This document shows, piece by piece, positions 9,184 to 18,166 of a DNA stretch of 64,000 bases. The notes under the pieces are model-generated. The model ran no database searches and was not told where the DNA came from. It saw only the letters and a list, made by a program, of their open reading frames with translations. This stretch comes from an uncultured delta proteobacterium (GTDB lineage: Bacteria; Myxococcota_A; Polyangia; Fen-1088): assembly GCA_963767925.1 (NCBI GenBank), contig CAVYGB010000008.1, forward strand, positions 576,001 through 640,000, in the 5' to 3' direction. A program made the position numbers and the translations under genes. Positions within the stretch are counted from its first letter, which is position 1, and each line of letters starts with the position of its first letter.

Positions 9184-10809
9184 ATGGATCAGTCGCTGTC
9201 ACGCATGCGCGCCGAGATCGCCTCCCGGCGAACCTTCGCGATCATCTCCCACCCGGACGCGGGCAAGACCACCCTCACCGAGAAGCTCCTGCTCTACGGC
9301 GGCGCCCTGCACCTCGCCGGCTCGGTCAAGCGCAAGGGGGGCGGCCGGGCCGTCACCAGCGACTGGATGGACATCGAGCGCCAGCGCGGGATCTCCGTGT
9401 CGAGCAGCGTCCTGCAGTTCGACTACGCCGACCGGAGGCTCAACCTGCTCGACACCCCCGGCCACAACGACTTCTCCGAGGACACCTACCGCACGCTGGC
9501 CGCCGCCGACACCGCGATCATGCTCATCGACTGCGTCAAGGGGGTGGAGCCGCAGACCATCAAGCTGTTCCAGGTCTGCCGGATGCGGGGCATCCCCATC
9601 GTCACGTTCATCAACAAGATGGACCGGGTCGGCAAGGACCCCTTCGACCTGATGGACGAGATCGAGCAGGTCCTGGGCATGCCCTGCAGCCCGGTGAACT
9701 GGCCGCTCGGCTCGGGGACCTCCTTCACCGGGGTCTTCGACCGCTGGTCCAACCGGATGGTGGCCTTCGAACGGGTCGACGGCGGCGGCGCCCACCGGGT
9801 CCCCCAGCGCGAGACGAGCTGGGACGAGCCCCAGCTGGTGGCCACGGTGGGGCAGGGGGAGCTGGCCCGGATCCGCGACGAGGTGGCCCTGCTCGAGACC
9901 GCCGGCAACCCCTTCGACGCGGAGTTCTTCCAGGCCGGCCAGGTCACGCCCGTGTTCTTCGGCAGCGCCATGAACAACTTCGGGCTCGAGCCCTTCCTCG
10001 ATCGTTTCGTCGAGCTGGCCACGCCACCCCGCACGCGCCCCACCTCGCTGGGCCCGCGCCCGCCCGACGACCCGGCGTTTTCGGGCTTCGTCTTCAAGAT
10101 CCAGGCGAACATGGATCCCCAGCATCGCGACCGGATCGCCTTCGTGCGCATCTGCTCGGGGCGCTTCAACCGGGGCATGGAGGTGCTGCACGTCCGCACC
10201 GGCAAGACCCTGGCGCTGACCCGGCCGGTGCAGTTCATGGCCCAGGAGCGCACCATCGTCGACGAGGCCTTCTCCGGGGACATCATCGGCATCTGGGACC
10301 CCGGCATCTTGCGCATCGGCGACAGCCTGTGCGAGGGACCGCCGGTGGAGTTCGAGGGCATCCCCCGCTTCTCGCCCGAGCACTTCGTGCGCGTGCGGCT
10401 CGACGATCCCCTGCGGCGCAAGCAGCTCAAGAAGGGGCTCGAGCAGCTCTCGGAGGAGGGGGCGGTCCAGCTCTTCTTCGACCGGCTGCGCATCGAGCGG
10501 GACCCCATCCTGGGGGCCGTCGGCCAGCTCCAGTTCGAGATCATCGAGCACCGGCTGGCCGGCGAGTACCGGGTCAAGGCCGGGTTCGAACGCCTGCCCT
10601 ACCGGCACGCCCGCTGGATCGAGGGGGACGAGCTGCAGCTCGAACGTTTCGAGCTGCCCGGGCGGCAGACCTGCGTCTTCGACGTCGAGGGCCGGCCCTG
10701 CGTCCTGTTCGAGAGCGACTGGCTCCTGCGGCGGGCGCAGGAGGAAAACCCCAAGATCCGGTTCGTGGCCGCGGTCCAGCCCGGCCGGAGCAGCCGGTCC
10801 GCGGCCTGA
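9184..10809 (+). CDS. prfC: Peptide chain release factor 3
   Basis: RRTFAIISHPDAGKTTLTEKLLL, SDWMDIERQRGISV, DTPGH, FVFKIQANMDPQHRDR. Confidence 0.97.
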   Translation: MDQSLSRMRAEIASRRTFAIISHPDAGKTTLTEKLLLYGGALHLAGSVKRKGGGRAVTSDWMDIERQRGISVSSSVLQFDYADRRLNLLDTPGHNDFSEDTYRTLAAADTAIMLIDCVKGVEPQTIKLFQVCRMRGIPIVTFINKMDRVGKDPFDLMDEIEQVLGMPCSPVNWPLGSGTSFTGVFDRWSNRMVAFERVDGGGAHRVPQRETSWDEPQLVATVGQGELARIRDEVALLETAGNPFDAEFFQAGQVTPVFFGSAMNNFGLEPFLDRFVELATPPRTRPTSLGPRPPDDPAFSGFVFKIQANMDPQHRDRIAFVRICSGRFNRGMEVLHVRTGKTLALTRPVQFMAQERTIVDEAFSGDIIGIWDPGILRIGDSLCEGPPVEFEGIPRFSPEHFVRVRLDDPLRRKQLKKGLEQLSEEGAVQLFFDRLRIERDPILGAVGQLQFEIIEHRLAGEYRVKAGFERLPYRHARWIEGDELQLERFELPGRQTCVFDVEGRPCVLFESDWLLRRAQEENPKIRFVAAVQPGRSSRSAA

Positions 10810-10823
10810 CCCGAAGACCTAGG

Positions 10824-10929
10824 GACTGTTTTCGAAGTCGGGCCCGACTGGGTCTGTTTCAGTAGTCGGGTCCCCGACTGGGCTATTTTCGAACTGGTCG
10901 GGTTCCCTCGCTTCGCTCGGGCCCGACTA
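10824..10929. repeat. Cluster of three REP-like palindromes between convergent genes
   Basis: AGTCGGGCCCGACT, AGTCGGGTCCCCGACT and GTCGGG-(CCCTCGCTTCGCTCGGG)-CCCGACT, each preceded by a CTGTTTTCGA-like spacer. Confidence 0.65.
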
Positions 10930-11346
10930 GTTCCAGCGCTGGGCCCGGGTCTCCTGGGCGATCTCGGCGCTGGCCGGCAGGTAGGCCTCCAGCAGCTCCG
11001 CCAGCTCCCGGGTATGCCCGGCCTGGATGACGAAGGCGTCGCAGCCCGCCTCGAACGCCGAGCGCTCCTGCTCGGTGCGGGCGATGGGGGCCGAGGCGAC
11101 GATGACGATGTGGCGATGAAAGCGGCTCTGGCGGATGTCCCGAACCAGCGACAACACGTCGGGGCTGCCCTCGCTGACGTCGATCACGACCGCCTCGGGC
11201 CAGTGTTCGTCGATCAGCCGGCGCGCTTCTCCGGGACTCTCGGCGGCGTGAACCCCGTAACCCTCGAGGTTCAGAGAGAGCTGCAGGGCCCGCCGCGAGG
11301 CGCCACCCGGTCCGATCACGACGACGGTTCTTTTACAGAATTCCAT
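10927..11346 (-). CDS. Single-domain response regulator (receiver), partly atypical
   Basis: Receiver fold: TVVVI..LEGYGV..PEAVVID..IVIVAS..AFEAGCDAFVI; acidic pocket and conserved Lys replaced. Confidence 0.8.
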   Translation of the reverse strand: MEFCKRTVVVIGPGGASRRALQLSLNLEGYGVHAAESPGEARRLIDEHWPEAVVIDVSEGSPDVLSLVRDIRQSRFHRHIVIVASAPIARTEQERSAFEAGCDAFVIQAGHTRELAELLEAYLPASAEIAQETRAQRWN

Positions 11347-11372
11347 TCAGTCCTTCCCTTGCCCCGAACTAC

Positions 11373-11388
11373 AGCGAAAACCGTGCCG
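11373..11388 (-). promoter_or_regulatory. Putative sigma54 promoter of the receiver gene
   Basis: Minus strand CGGCACGGTTTTCGCT, GG-N10-GC, 27 nt upstream of the start with AAGGA RBS. Confidence 0.6.
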
Positions 11389-11587
11389 ATCTCCGGCGCC
11401 TCGCCGCCGCCAGGTAGGGCCGGAAATTCGCGGGCTGCCGCCTGTGGGTGAACCGCGGCTGTGGTGTTGCGACCCGTCCGTCGCGGATCCGGCTGGCTAG
11501 GGACTCGTCAGTACGGGATTCGCCCCCCATCGGTCCAGCCGCTCCGATCGGCGGGGATGTGGGGCACCCGCGCCAGCGACAGACCGG

Positions 11588-13861
11588 TCAAGACCCGGAG
11601 ATGGATCGGATCGTCGCGGCTGAGTCGGAGGCGTCCCGCAGCTCGGGCAACTCGCCGAGCGCCTCGCGCACGCGAGCCGCCAGCTCGAGCGGGGTGAAGG
11701 GCTTCTGCAGAAAGGGGACCTGGCCCACCGCCACCCCGTGGTGGACCGCCGTGCCGTCGGTATATCCCGACATGTAGAGCGCCCGCATGCGCGGCCGCAG
11801 CGGGAGCACCGCCTGCACCAGCTCACCTCCGCCCATCTTCGGCATCACCACATCGGTCACCATGAGGTGGATGACCCCCGGATGCATGCTGCAGATCTGC
11901 AGGGCCTGCCGGGCGTCGGAGGCCCGCAGCACCTGGTAGCCCTGCTCGCGCAACATCCGACAGGTGAGGTCCAGGAGCTGGGGCTCGTCCTCGACGACAA
12001 GCACCGTCTCGTTGCCCCGCTGGATGTCGCGGAGCTGCGAGGCCTCGTCGGTTGTCGCCCGGCTCTCCACCGAGGCCTCGGGCAGGAAGATGCTGAAGGT
12101 GGCGCCCCGGCTGGGCTCGCTGACCACCCCCACGTCGCCCCCTGCCTGCCGGACGATCCCGTAGACCATCGCCAGCCCCAGGCCGGTGCCACCCATGCGC
12201 CCCTTGGTGGTGAAAAACGGCTCGAAGATGCGGGCCCGGACCGCCTCCTCCATGCCCACCCCGGTGTCGGTCACCTTGAGCAGAGCGTACCGGCCGGGCA
12301 TCAGCTCGGGGTCGCCCGCCCGGCGCGTCCGCAACATGACGCTGCTCGTGCTCAAGGTCAGGGTGCCGCCGTTGGGCATCGCCTCGCGGGCGTTGACCGC
12401 CAGGTTCAGGATCACCTGCTGGAGCTGACTGGGATCGAAGTGGACCGGCGGGACGTCGCTGGCCAGGTCGGCCACCAGGATGACGTCCTCCCCGATGATC
12501 CGCTCGAGCATTCGCTGCATGTCCCCCACCAGGTCGTTGAGGAACACGTGGCGGAAGGCGACAACCTGCCGGCGGCTGAAGGCCAGGAGCTGCTGGGTCA
12601 ACATGGCCGCCCGCTCGGCCGCCTTGAGGATCTCGGTCAGCTCGGGCATCGCCTTGCCGCCGGGGTCGACCCGTCCGGCCAGCAAGGACCCGTACCCCAT
12701 GATGGCGGTGAGGATGTTGTTGAAGTCGTGGGCCACGCCGCCAGCCAGGCGGCCGAGCGCTTCCATCTTCTGGGCCTGCCGCAGGTCGAGCTCGAGGGTG
12801 TGGCGCTCGGTCACGTCGCGGGGGACGAACAGGACCACCCGCTCGCCCCCCCGGGCGTCGTGGTGCTCGGCGATGGGCACCAGGACGGCGTCGAACCAGC
12901 GCTTGCCGTTGGCCAGGTCCAGCTCGTAGGCCAGTCGCTGGGGCGTGCCGGTGGCGAGCGCGGTCGTGATGGCGTGCGCGAAGTTGGCCTCCGGACCGAT
13001 GCCGATCAGGCCGGTGATGGGCCGCCCGCGCAGCTCCGCCGCCGGCAAGGTGAGGGCCTCCGGGCGCCCGGCCAGCACCTCGGCGATGTTCCCGTTGGCC
13101 TCCAGGACGAACACGGGATCGGGCAGGGCGGCGATCAGGGCGCGCAGGCGGGCCCCGCTGCGGTCGCGCTCCTGCTCGCCCGCGGCGAGCTGGTCGAGCA
13201 TCCGGTAAAAGCCACGGTACAGGACCCCGATCTCGTCCCGGCTGACGTGGCTGACCCGGGGGGAGATCATGGTGGGGTCGTTGATCCGACCCATGGTCTC
13301 GGCCAGCCGCAGGATCGGGCGGGTGAGGCTGCGCTGGAGCAGCCAGGCCAGCACCGCCGCCACGAGGATCGCGGTCAACCCGGCCAGGACGACGGTGGTC
13401 GTGGCCTCCGAGACCCGGGCCCGTAGCCCGCCGCTGGCCGCCGCCAGGTAAAGGGTCCCCTGCTGCACCCCCCGGTGGGAGACCGGCTCGAACACGTGCA
13501 GGTAGCCATCGCGGTGCTCGCGGGCTGCGACGTTGCGGATGGGCACCGCGCTCGGCTCGGACCCGGGGCGCGTGTAGGCCGCCATCGGGGCGCCGTCGCT
13601 GTCGAACAGGATCGCCCGGGCGACCTCGGTGCTCTTTTCCAGCTTCGACAGGATCTCGGTCGCGCCCGCGTTGTCCCCGAACACGAGGGCCGCCACGCAG
13701 TGTTCGGCCACCGTCCGGGCCAGCACGACCGACCCCTCCTCGAACCCCCGGTAGAACTCCCGGTGCTGCTGCCGCAGCAGCACGGCCCCGCTGCTCACGA
13801 CCGCCACGCTGATCACGCCGATCGTGATGGTGAGCAGCTTGGCCGAGATGGATCGCAGCAT
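11588..13861 (-). CDS. Hybrid sensor histidine kinase (periplasmic sensor, HAMP, PAS, HisKA, HATPase, REC)
   Basis: Two TMs, RDEIG HAMP, QAQKMEALGRLAGGVAHDFNN, NLAVNAREAM, FEPFFTTK, GTGLGL, VTDVVMP receiver. Confidence 0.95.
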   Translation of the reverse strand: MLRSISAKLLTITIGVISVAVVSSGAVLLRQQHREFYRGFEEGSVVLARTVAEHCVAALVFGDNAGATEILSKLEKSTEVARAILFDSDGAPMAAYTRPGSEPSAVPIRNVAAREHRDGYLHVFEPVSHRGVQQGTLYLAAASGGLRARVSEATTTVVLAGLTAILVAAVLAWLLQRSLTRPILRLAETMGRINDPTMISPRVSHVSRDEIGVLYRGFYRMLDQLAAGEQERDRSGARLRALIAALPDPVFVLEANGNIAEVLAGRPEALTLPAAELRGRPITGLIGIGPEANFAHAITTALATGTPQRLAYELDLANGKRWFDAVLVPIAEHHDARGGERVVLFVPRDVTERHTLELDLRQAQKMEALGRLAGGVAHDFNNILTAIMGYGSLLAGRVDPGGKAMPELTEILKAAERAAMLTQQLLAFSRRQVVAFRHVFLNDLVGDMQRMLERIIGEDVILVADLASDVPPVHFDPSQLQQVILNLAVNAREAMPNGGTLTLSTSSVMLRTRRAGDPELMPGRYALLKVTDTGVGMEEAVRARIFEPFFTTKGRMGGTGLGLAMVYGIVRQAGGDVGVVSEPSRGATFSIFLPEASVESRATTDEASQLRDIQRGNETVLVVEDEPQLLDLTCRMLREQGYQVLRASDARQALQICSMHPGVIHLMVTDVVMPKMGGGELVQAVLPLRPRMRALYMSGYTDGTAVHHGVAVGQVPFLQKPFTPLELAARVREALGELPELRDASDSAATIRSISGS

Positions 13862-14451
13862 CAGGGCGCCCTCGCCTGCTGATCGTCGATCAGACGGGCC
13901 AGGGCCATCAAACGGTAGCTGGGCGACAGATGGTGCCGCTCGAAGGCCCGCCGGGAGGCCTCGAACCGCACGACCTCCCCCGAGACGTACAGGTTCACTG
14001 CCAGCCCGCGGTGGGCGTATCCCTCGGTGTCACCGACGGTGAGCACGGGCGCCTGGCCCAGCACCTCCATCAGATCCTCCAGCCGCTCCTCGAAGGCCGG
14101 CCCCACGAACAGCAGGTGGGGCCGGCCCACCGACGCCAGGTCGCGCGCGCGCCGGAGGAACACCCGGTGCTCGGCGATGCCCACCCCCCGCTCCCAGTAG
14201 TAGCTGAACAGGTGTTGCCACAGGGTGGTGTCGCCCAGCACGACGAACTCGAAGGGGCGCTGGGGGTCGTGCAGCCCGGCCTCGGCCGGCCAGCGCACGA
14301 ACTCCGCGATCCTGCCGATGATGGCCGTCTTCAGCTCGAGGACGTCGAACCTCGGCTTCGCCCTGGCGGGCCGGGCCCGCAAGGCGGTGAGGCCGAGCGT
14401 GGCGAGAGACGTCAGCACGAGCCTCCGGTTAGGCTGCCCCGGATGCTGCAT
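13861..14451 (-). CDS. YfiR/HmsC-family periplasmic protein with Tat-like signal
   Basis: LKTAIIGRIAEFVRWP, PVLTVGD..YA..G.AVNL...VRFE..LMALARLI; NRRLVL twin-Arg; overlaps the kinase start. Confidence 0.85.
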   Translation of the reverse strand: MQHPGQPNRRLVLTSLATLGLTALRARPARAKPRFDVLELKTAIIGRIAEFVRWPAEAGLHDPQRPFEFVVLGDTTLWQHLFSYYWERGVGIAEHRVFLRRARDLASVGRPHLLFVGPAFEERLEDLMEVLGQAPVLTVGDTEGYAHRGLAVNLYVSGEVVRFEASRRAFERHHLSPSYRLMALARLIDDQQARAP

Positions 14452-14713
14452 CGGGACCCAGATTAACCTACGCCGGTGCCCACCACCTAGTGGCGAGTGA
14501 AGGCCGCAAGCTGGCCCACGGGTTTTTGGACCGCAGCCATGCTGGTCAACGCGAGAGGTCACGGGCGAGCGGGGACATCAGGCCCCGGGGCAGGCGCTGC
14601 GAAATGTCCGCGGTTCCGGACATCGGTGACGCGGGTGTCTGCTTGTGGCAACACCTTGGAGCCCATCGGAGAACTCGGGCCGCCTCTCCTGCGGGTCTTT
14701 TCGCCTCCCGATC

Positions 14714-14729
14714 TGGCACCGGGAATGCT
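14714..14729 (+). promoter_or_regulatory. Putative sigma54 promoter
   Basis: TGGCACCGGGAATGCT, GG-N10-GC. Confidence 0.55.
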
Positions 14730-14744
14730 CGAGATGCGCGGGTC

Positions 14745-14837
14745 ATGTCTCACGCAATCGCCGAAGACGTCCTGCTGGCAGCCGAGGACCACGTCCTCTG
14801 GCTGGCCGTCTTTTTGGTTGTCATAGGAACGCTCTAG
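14745..14837 (+). CDS. Possible 30-aa single-TM small protein
   Basis: MSHAIAEDVLLAAEDHVLWLAVFLVVIGTL*, immediately after the sigma54-like motif. Confidence 0.35.
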   Translation: MSHAIAEDVLLAAEDHVLWLAVFLVVIGTL

Positions 14838-15054
14838 CTTCGTTCCTGAAGGCGACCTTGGTCGCCGGCACAACCTCGCTGCTTTTCGCCCTCTGGGTTC
14901 GCCCCTCTGGCCGGTGTCCCCACCGCCACCGTCGGGGACTGCCCAGGTTTTGCTGGACAGAACCTGCGCAGCGGCGGTTAGCTACCCCGAGGTGGGGTCT
15001 CGTCAGGCCGACGCTCCTGGGCCATGAGGTCCCCCCCCGGAGTGAGAGGCCTTG

Positions 15055-17955
15055 ATGCATGACCTAGCTGCCTCCGCCGTCCTGGCGCGGGGGCTCCTGC
15101 TGCTGGCGGTGTCGCTGGCGCTCGGCTGCGAAACCAAAGCTTTCAACACCCGGCACGTCCGGGTGAGCGACGGCGGCGCCGACGTCGGCGGCCGGCCTTC
15201 CGGCAACCCGGACGGCGGGGCGATCGACGCCGACGACAGCACCCGGTGCCCGACCGAGGCGCCGACCGACCCGAAGCAGGTCGGTCAGCCCTGCGCCTGC
15301 GGGATCGAGTGCGCCACCGGGACCTGCGAGGCCGGCCTCTGCTGCGCGGGGGGCGCCTGTGCGCTGCTGCGGCCGCTGGGTGCGGCCTGCGAGGCGGCGG
15401 CAGAGTGCCAGTCCGGCTTCTGTGCCGACGGGGTCTGTTGCAACGTCGCCTGCACCGGGGCCTGCGTCTCCTGCGACCAGGTCGACCAGGTGGGCGTCTG
15501 CTCGCCGGTCCCCGCCGGTGGCGAGGACAAACACGGGATCTGCCGCCAGGACGCCCCCGACTCCTGCGGGCAGAACGGGTACTGCAACGGCCAGGGCGGC
15601 TGCTCCAAATACGTGGCCGGCACCCTGTGCAAGCTGCCGACCTGCGAGGGCAAGAACGAGTTCGTCCCGGCCAGCCTCTGCGACGGGGAGGGGGCCTGCG
15701 TGGCGGGGATCGCGCTCACCTGTTTCCCTTCCACCTGCGAAGCGGGCGCCTGCCTGAGCAGCTGCACCAGCAACGACAACTGCATGGCCCCCAATAGCTG
15801 CCAGATGGGGAGCTGCGGGCCGAAGGGCAACGGCCAGGACTGCAGCGCCGGCGACCAGTGCGCCTCCGGCTTCTGCGTGGATGGCGTCTGCTGCGAGAGC
15901 GCCTGCGAAGGAAAATGCACCTTCTGCGCCAGCCCCGAGGGGCGGGGCCGCTGCCTGCCGGTGCGGATCAACGTCGTCGATCAGCGGGCCGCCCGGGGCG
16001 AGCAGGATCCCGACAAGATCTGCGTGACCGAGGCGGCCAGCACCTGCGGCACCGACGGTCGCTGCGACGGGCGGGGCGGCTGCCAGAGCTACCGCGACGG
16101 CACCATCTGCCGGGCCGCCCGCTGTGACGGCAGCGCCAACACCCAGACCTCGGCGGGGGTCTGCGAGGACGGGAGCTGCGAGGTCCCCTCGGCCCGGAGC
16201 TGCGCCCCCTACCGGGGCTGCAGCGGCAGCGCCTGCCGCAACGGGTGCAGCGGCGACTCCCAGTGCAGCAGCGGCAACTTCTGCACCGCCGGCGACTGCG
16301 GCAAGAAGCCCGACGGCGCCGTCTGCACCGGCGGGTCGCAGTGCGAGAGCACCATCTGCGCGCAGGGGCGCTGCTGCGCCACCACCTGCGGCGGCACCTG
16401 CAAGTCGTGCGCGGTGCCCGGGCGGGAGGGCGATTGCAGCAACGTCCCCTCCGGCGGCGCCGATCCCACCGGCGCCTGCCGCGACGACGCCTGCTCGAAC
16501 GGCTGCGATGGCGGCGGGGGCTGCCGGCGCGAGCGGGCCGACGGCACCGTAACCTGCGGCGGCGCCACCTGCGCGGGCCCGGCCCGGGTGCTGCGGGTCT
16601 GCGGCGGCGGCGGGGTGTGCGAGAGCCGGACCGTCCCCTGCGAGGTGGGCTCGAGCTGCCAGGGGGGAAGCTGCGTGGCCGACCCCAAGGCCAACGGCCA
16701 GCCCTGCGTGGCGGCCGCCGAGTGCGCCTCGCGGATCTGCACCAGCAACGTCTGCTGCGCGGGCGCTTGCGCGGGCCCCTGCAAGGAGTGCCAGGCCGGC
16801 ACCGGGAGCTGCGTGAACCGGGCCGGCGGGTGCGGCAACGGCGGCACCTGCATGGGTGGCGTCTGCTGCGGGCCGGGGACCAGCAACTGCGGCGGGAGCT
16901 GCCGCAACCTGCAGGACGACGAGGCCAACTGCGGCCGCTGTGGCGGCGCCTGCGCCCCGGGCCAGACCTGCGTGGCCGGCGCCTGCACCCTCGTGTGCAG
17001 CGCCCCCGAGAAGGCCTGCGGCAATGCCTGCGTCGACGTCGGCAGCGACGTCCGCCACTGCGGCGACTGCAACCGCCCGTGCCCCACCGGCGGCACCTGC
17101 ACCCGGGGCACCTGCGCCTGCGCCGGCCCCATGTGCGGCAGCATCTGCTGCCCGGCCGGGCAGGTCTGCTCGGAGGGCAAATGTTGCCCCGCCGGTCAGG
17201 CGAGCTGCGGGGGCACCTGCCGCAACCTCGGCAACGACGGGAGCAACTGCGGCATGTGCGGCCGGGCCTGCGGCCCCTGCCAGCGCTGCGCGGGCGCGGC
17301 CTGCGCCCCCGACCCCGCCCGGAACGGCGCCGACTGCGATGGCGCTGCCGGCAGCAACGTTTGCCAGAACGGAGCCTGCGTGGCCACCTGTGCCACCGTC
17401 ATGTGCGGCGCCGTCTGCTGCCCGGCCGGCCAGGCCTGCTCGGAAGGCAAGTGCTGCCCGGCTGGCCAGACCAACTGCGGGGGCACCTGCCGCAACCTCG
17501 GCAACGACGGAGCCAACTGTGGTGCCTGCGGGACGGTCTGCTCGACCGGCAAGGTTTGCCAGGGCGGGGCCTGCGTCTGCCCGGCCGGGAACCCGGTCAC
17601 CTGCGGGCCGACCTGCTGCCCGGCGCGGAACACCTGCGGCCCGAACAACACCTGCGTGCCGCCGCCGTGTGTACCGAGCTGCGCGAACAAGGCCTGCGGG
17701 GCGGACAACGGCTGTGGCAGCCCGTGCGCGACCGGGACCTGCCCGGGGGAGAAGACCTGCCAGGGGGGGATGTGCCGGTGCCCGGGGAACGAGCGGGCCT
17801 GCGGGGACACCTGCTGCCCGATGAACAACACCTGCGGCCCGAACAACACGTGCGTGCCACCGGCGCCGCCACCCATGCCGATGCCACCGGCGCCGATGCC
17901 GCCCGCGCCGATGCCGACGCAGCCTGCGCCCATGTCGCCGGTGCCGAAGATGTAA
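15055..17955 (+). CDS. Cys-rich repeat lipoprotein, paralog 1 (Stig1/MXAN_6577-like repeats, Pro/Met tail)
   Basis: Lipobox LALGC; repeated C.SGFC.DGVCC..AC.G.C modules; CRNL.D..NCG.CG..C repeats; ends PPAPPPMPMPPAPMPP. Confidence 0.88.
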   Translation: MHDLAASAVLARGLLLLAVSLALGCETKAFNTRHVRVSDGGADVGGRPSGNPDGGAIDADDSTRCPTEAPTDPKQVGQPCACGIECATGTCEAGLCCAGGACALLRPLGAACEAAAECQSGFCADGVCCNVACTGACVSCDQVDQVGVCSPVPAGGEDKHGICRQDAPDSCGQNGYCNGQGGCSKYVAGTLCKLPTCEGKNEFVPASLCDGEGACVAGIALTCFPSTCEAGACLSSCTSNDNCMAPNSCQMGSCGPKGNGQDCSAGDQCASGFCVDGVCCESACEGKCTFCASPEGRGRCLPVRINVVDQRAARGEQDPDKICVTEAASTCGTDGRCDGRGGCQSYRDGTICRAARCDGSANTQTSAGVCEDGSCEVPSARSCAPYRGCSGSACRNGCSGDSQCSSGNFCTAGDCGKKPDGAVCTGGSQCESTICAQGRCCATTCGGTCKSCAVPGREGDCSNVPSGGADPTGACRDDACSNGCDGGGGCRRERADGTVTCGGATCAGPARVLRVCGGGGVCESRTVPCEVGSSCQGGSCVADPKANGQPCVAAAECASRICTSNVCCAGACAGPCKECQAGTGSCVNRAGGCGNGGTCMGGVCCGPGTSNCGGSCRNLQDDEANCGRCGGACAPGQTCVAGACTLVCSAPEKACGNACVDVGSDVRHCGDCNRPCPTGGTCTRGTCACAGPMCGSICCPAGQVCSEGKCCPAGQASCGGTCRNLGNDGSNCGMCGRACGPCQRCAGAACAPDPARNGADCDGAAGSNVCQNGACVATCATVMCGAVCCPAGQACSEGKCCPAGQTNCGGTCRNLGNDGANCGACGTVCSTGKVCQGGACVCPAGNPVTCGPTCCPARNTCGPNNTCVPPPCVPSCANKACGADNGCGSPCATGTCPGEKTCQGGMCRCPGNERACGDTCCPMNNTCGPNNTCVPPAPPPMPMPPAPMPPAPMPTQPAPMSPVPKM

Positions 17956-18166
17956 CTTGCCGTCGCCCGACGAACGGTGGAGACCGATTTCTCCGGTCGC
18001 GGCGCGATATCCTACGTCATACTACGTGTTCCATCTCACATTTTGAAATCGGGAAAGCATCAGATTCGTGTGGACAGGGTGGCCCTGAGAGGGGTTAGCT
18101 ACCACACAGTAGCGGCCGTGTTTCTTCCGGCGTTGCGAACTCACACCCCGACGCGAAGGGCGCGAC

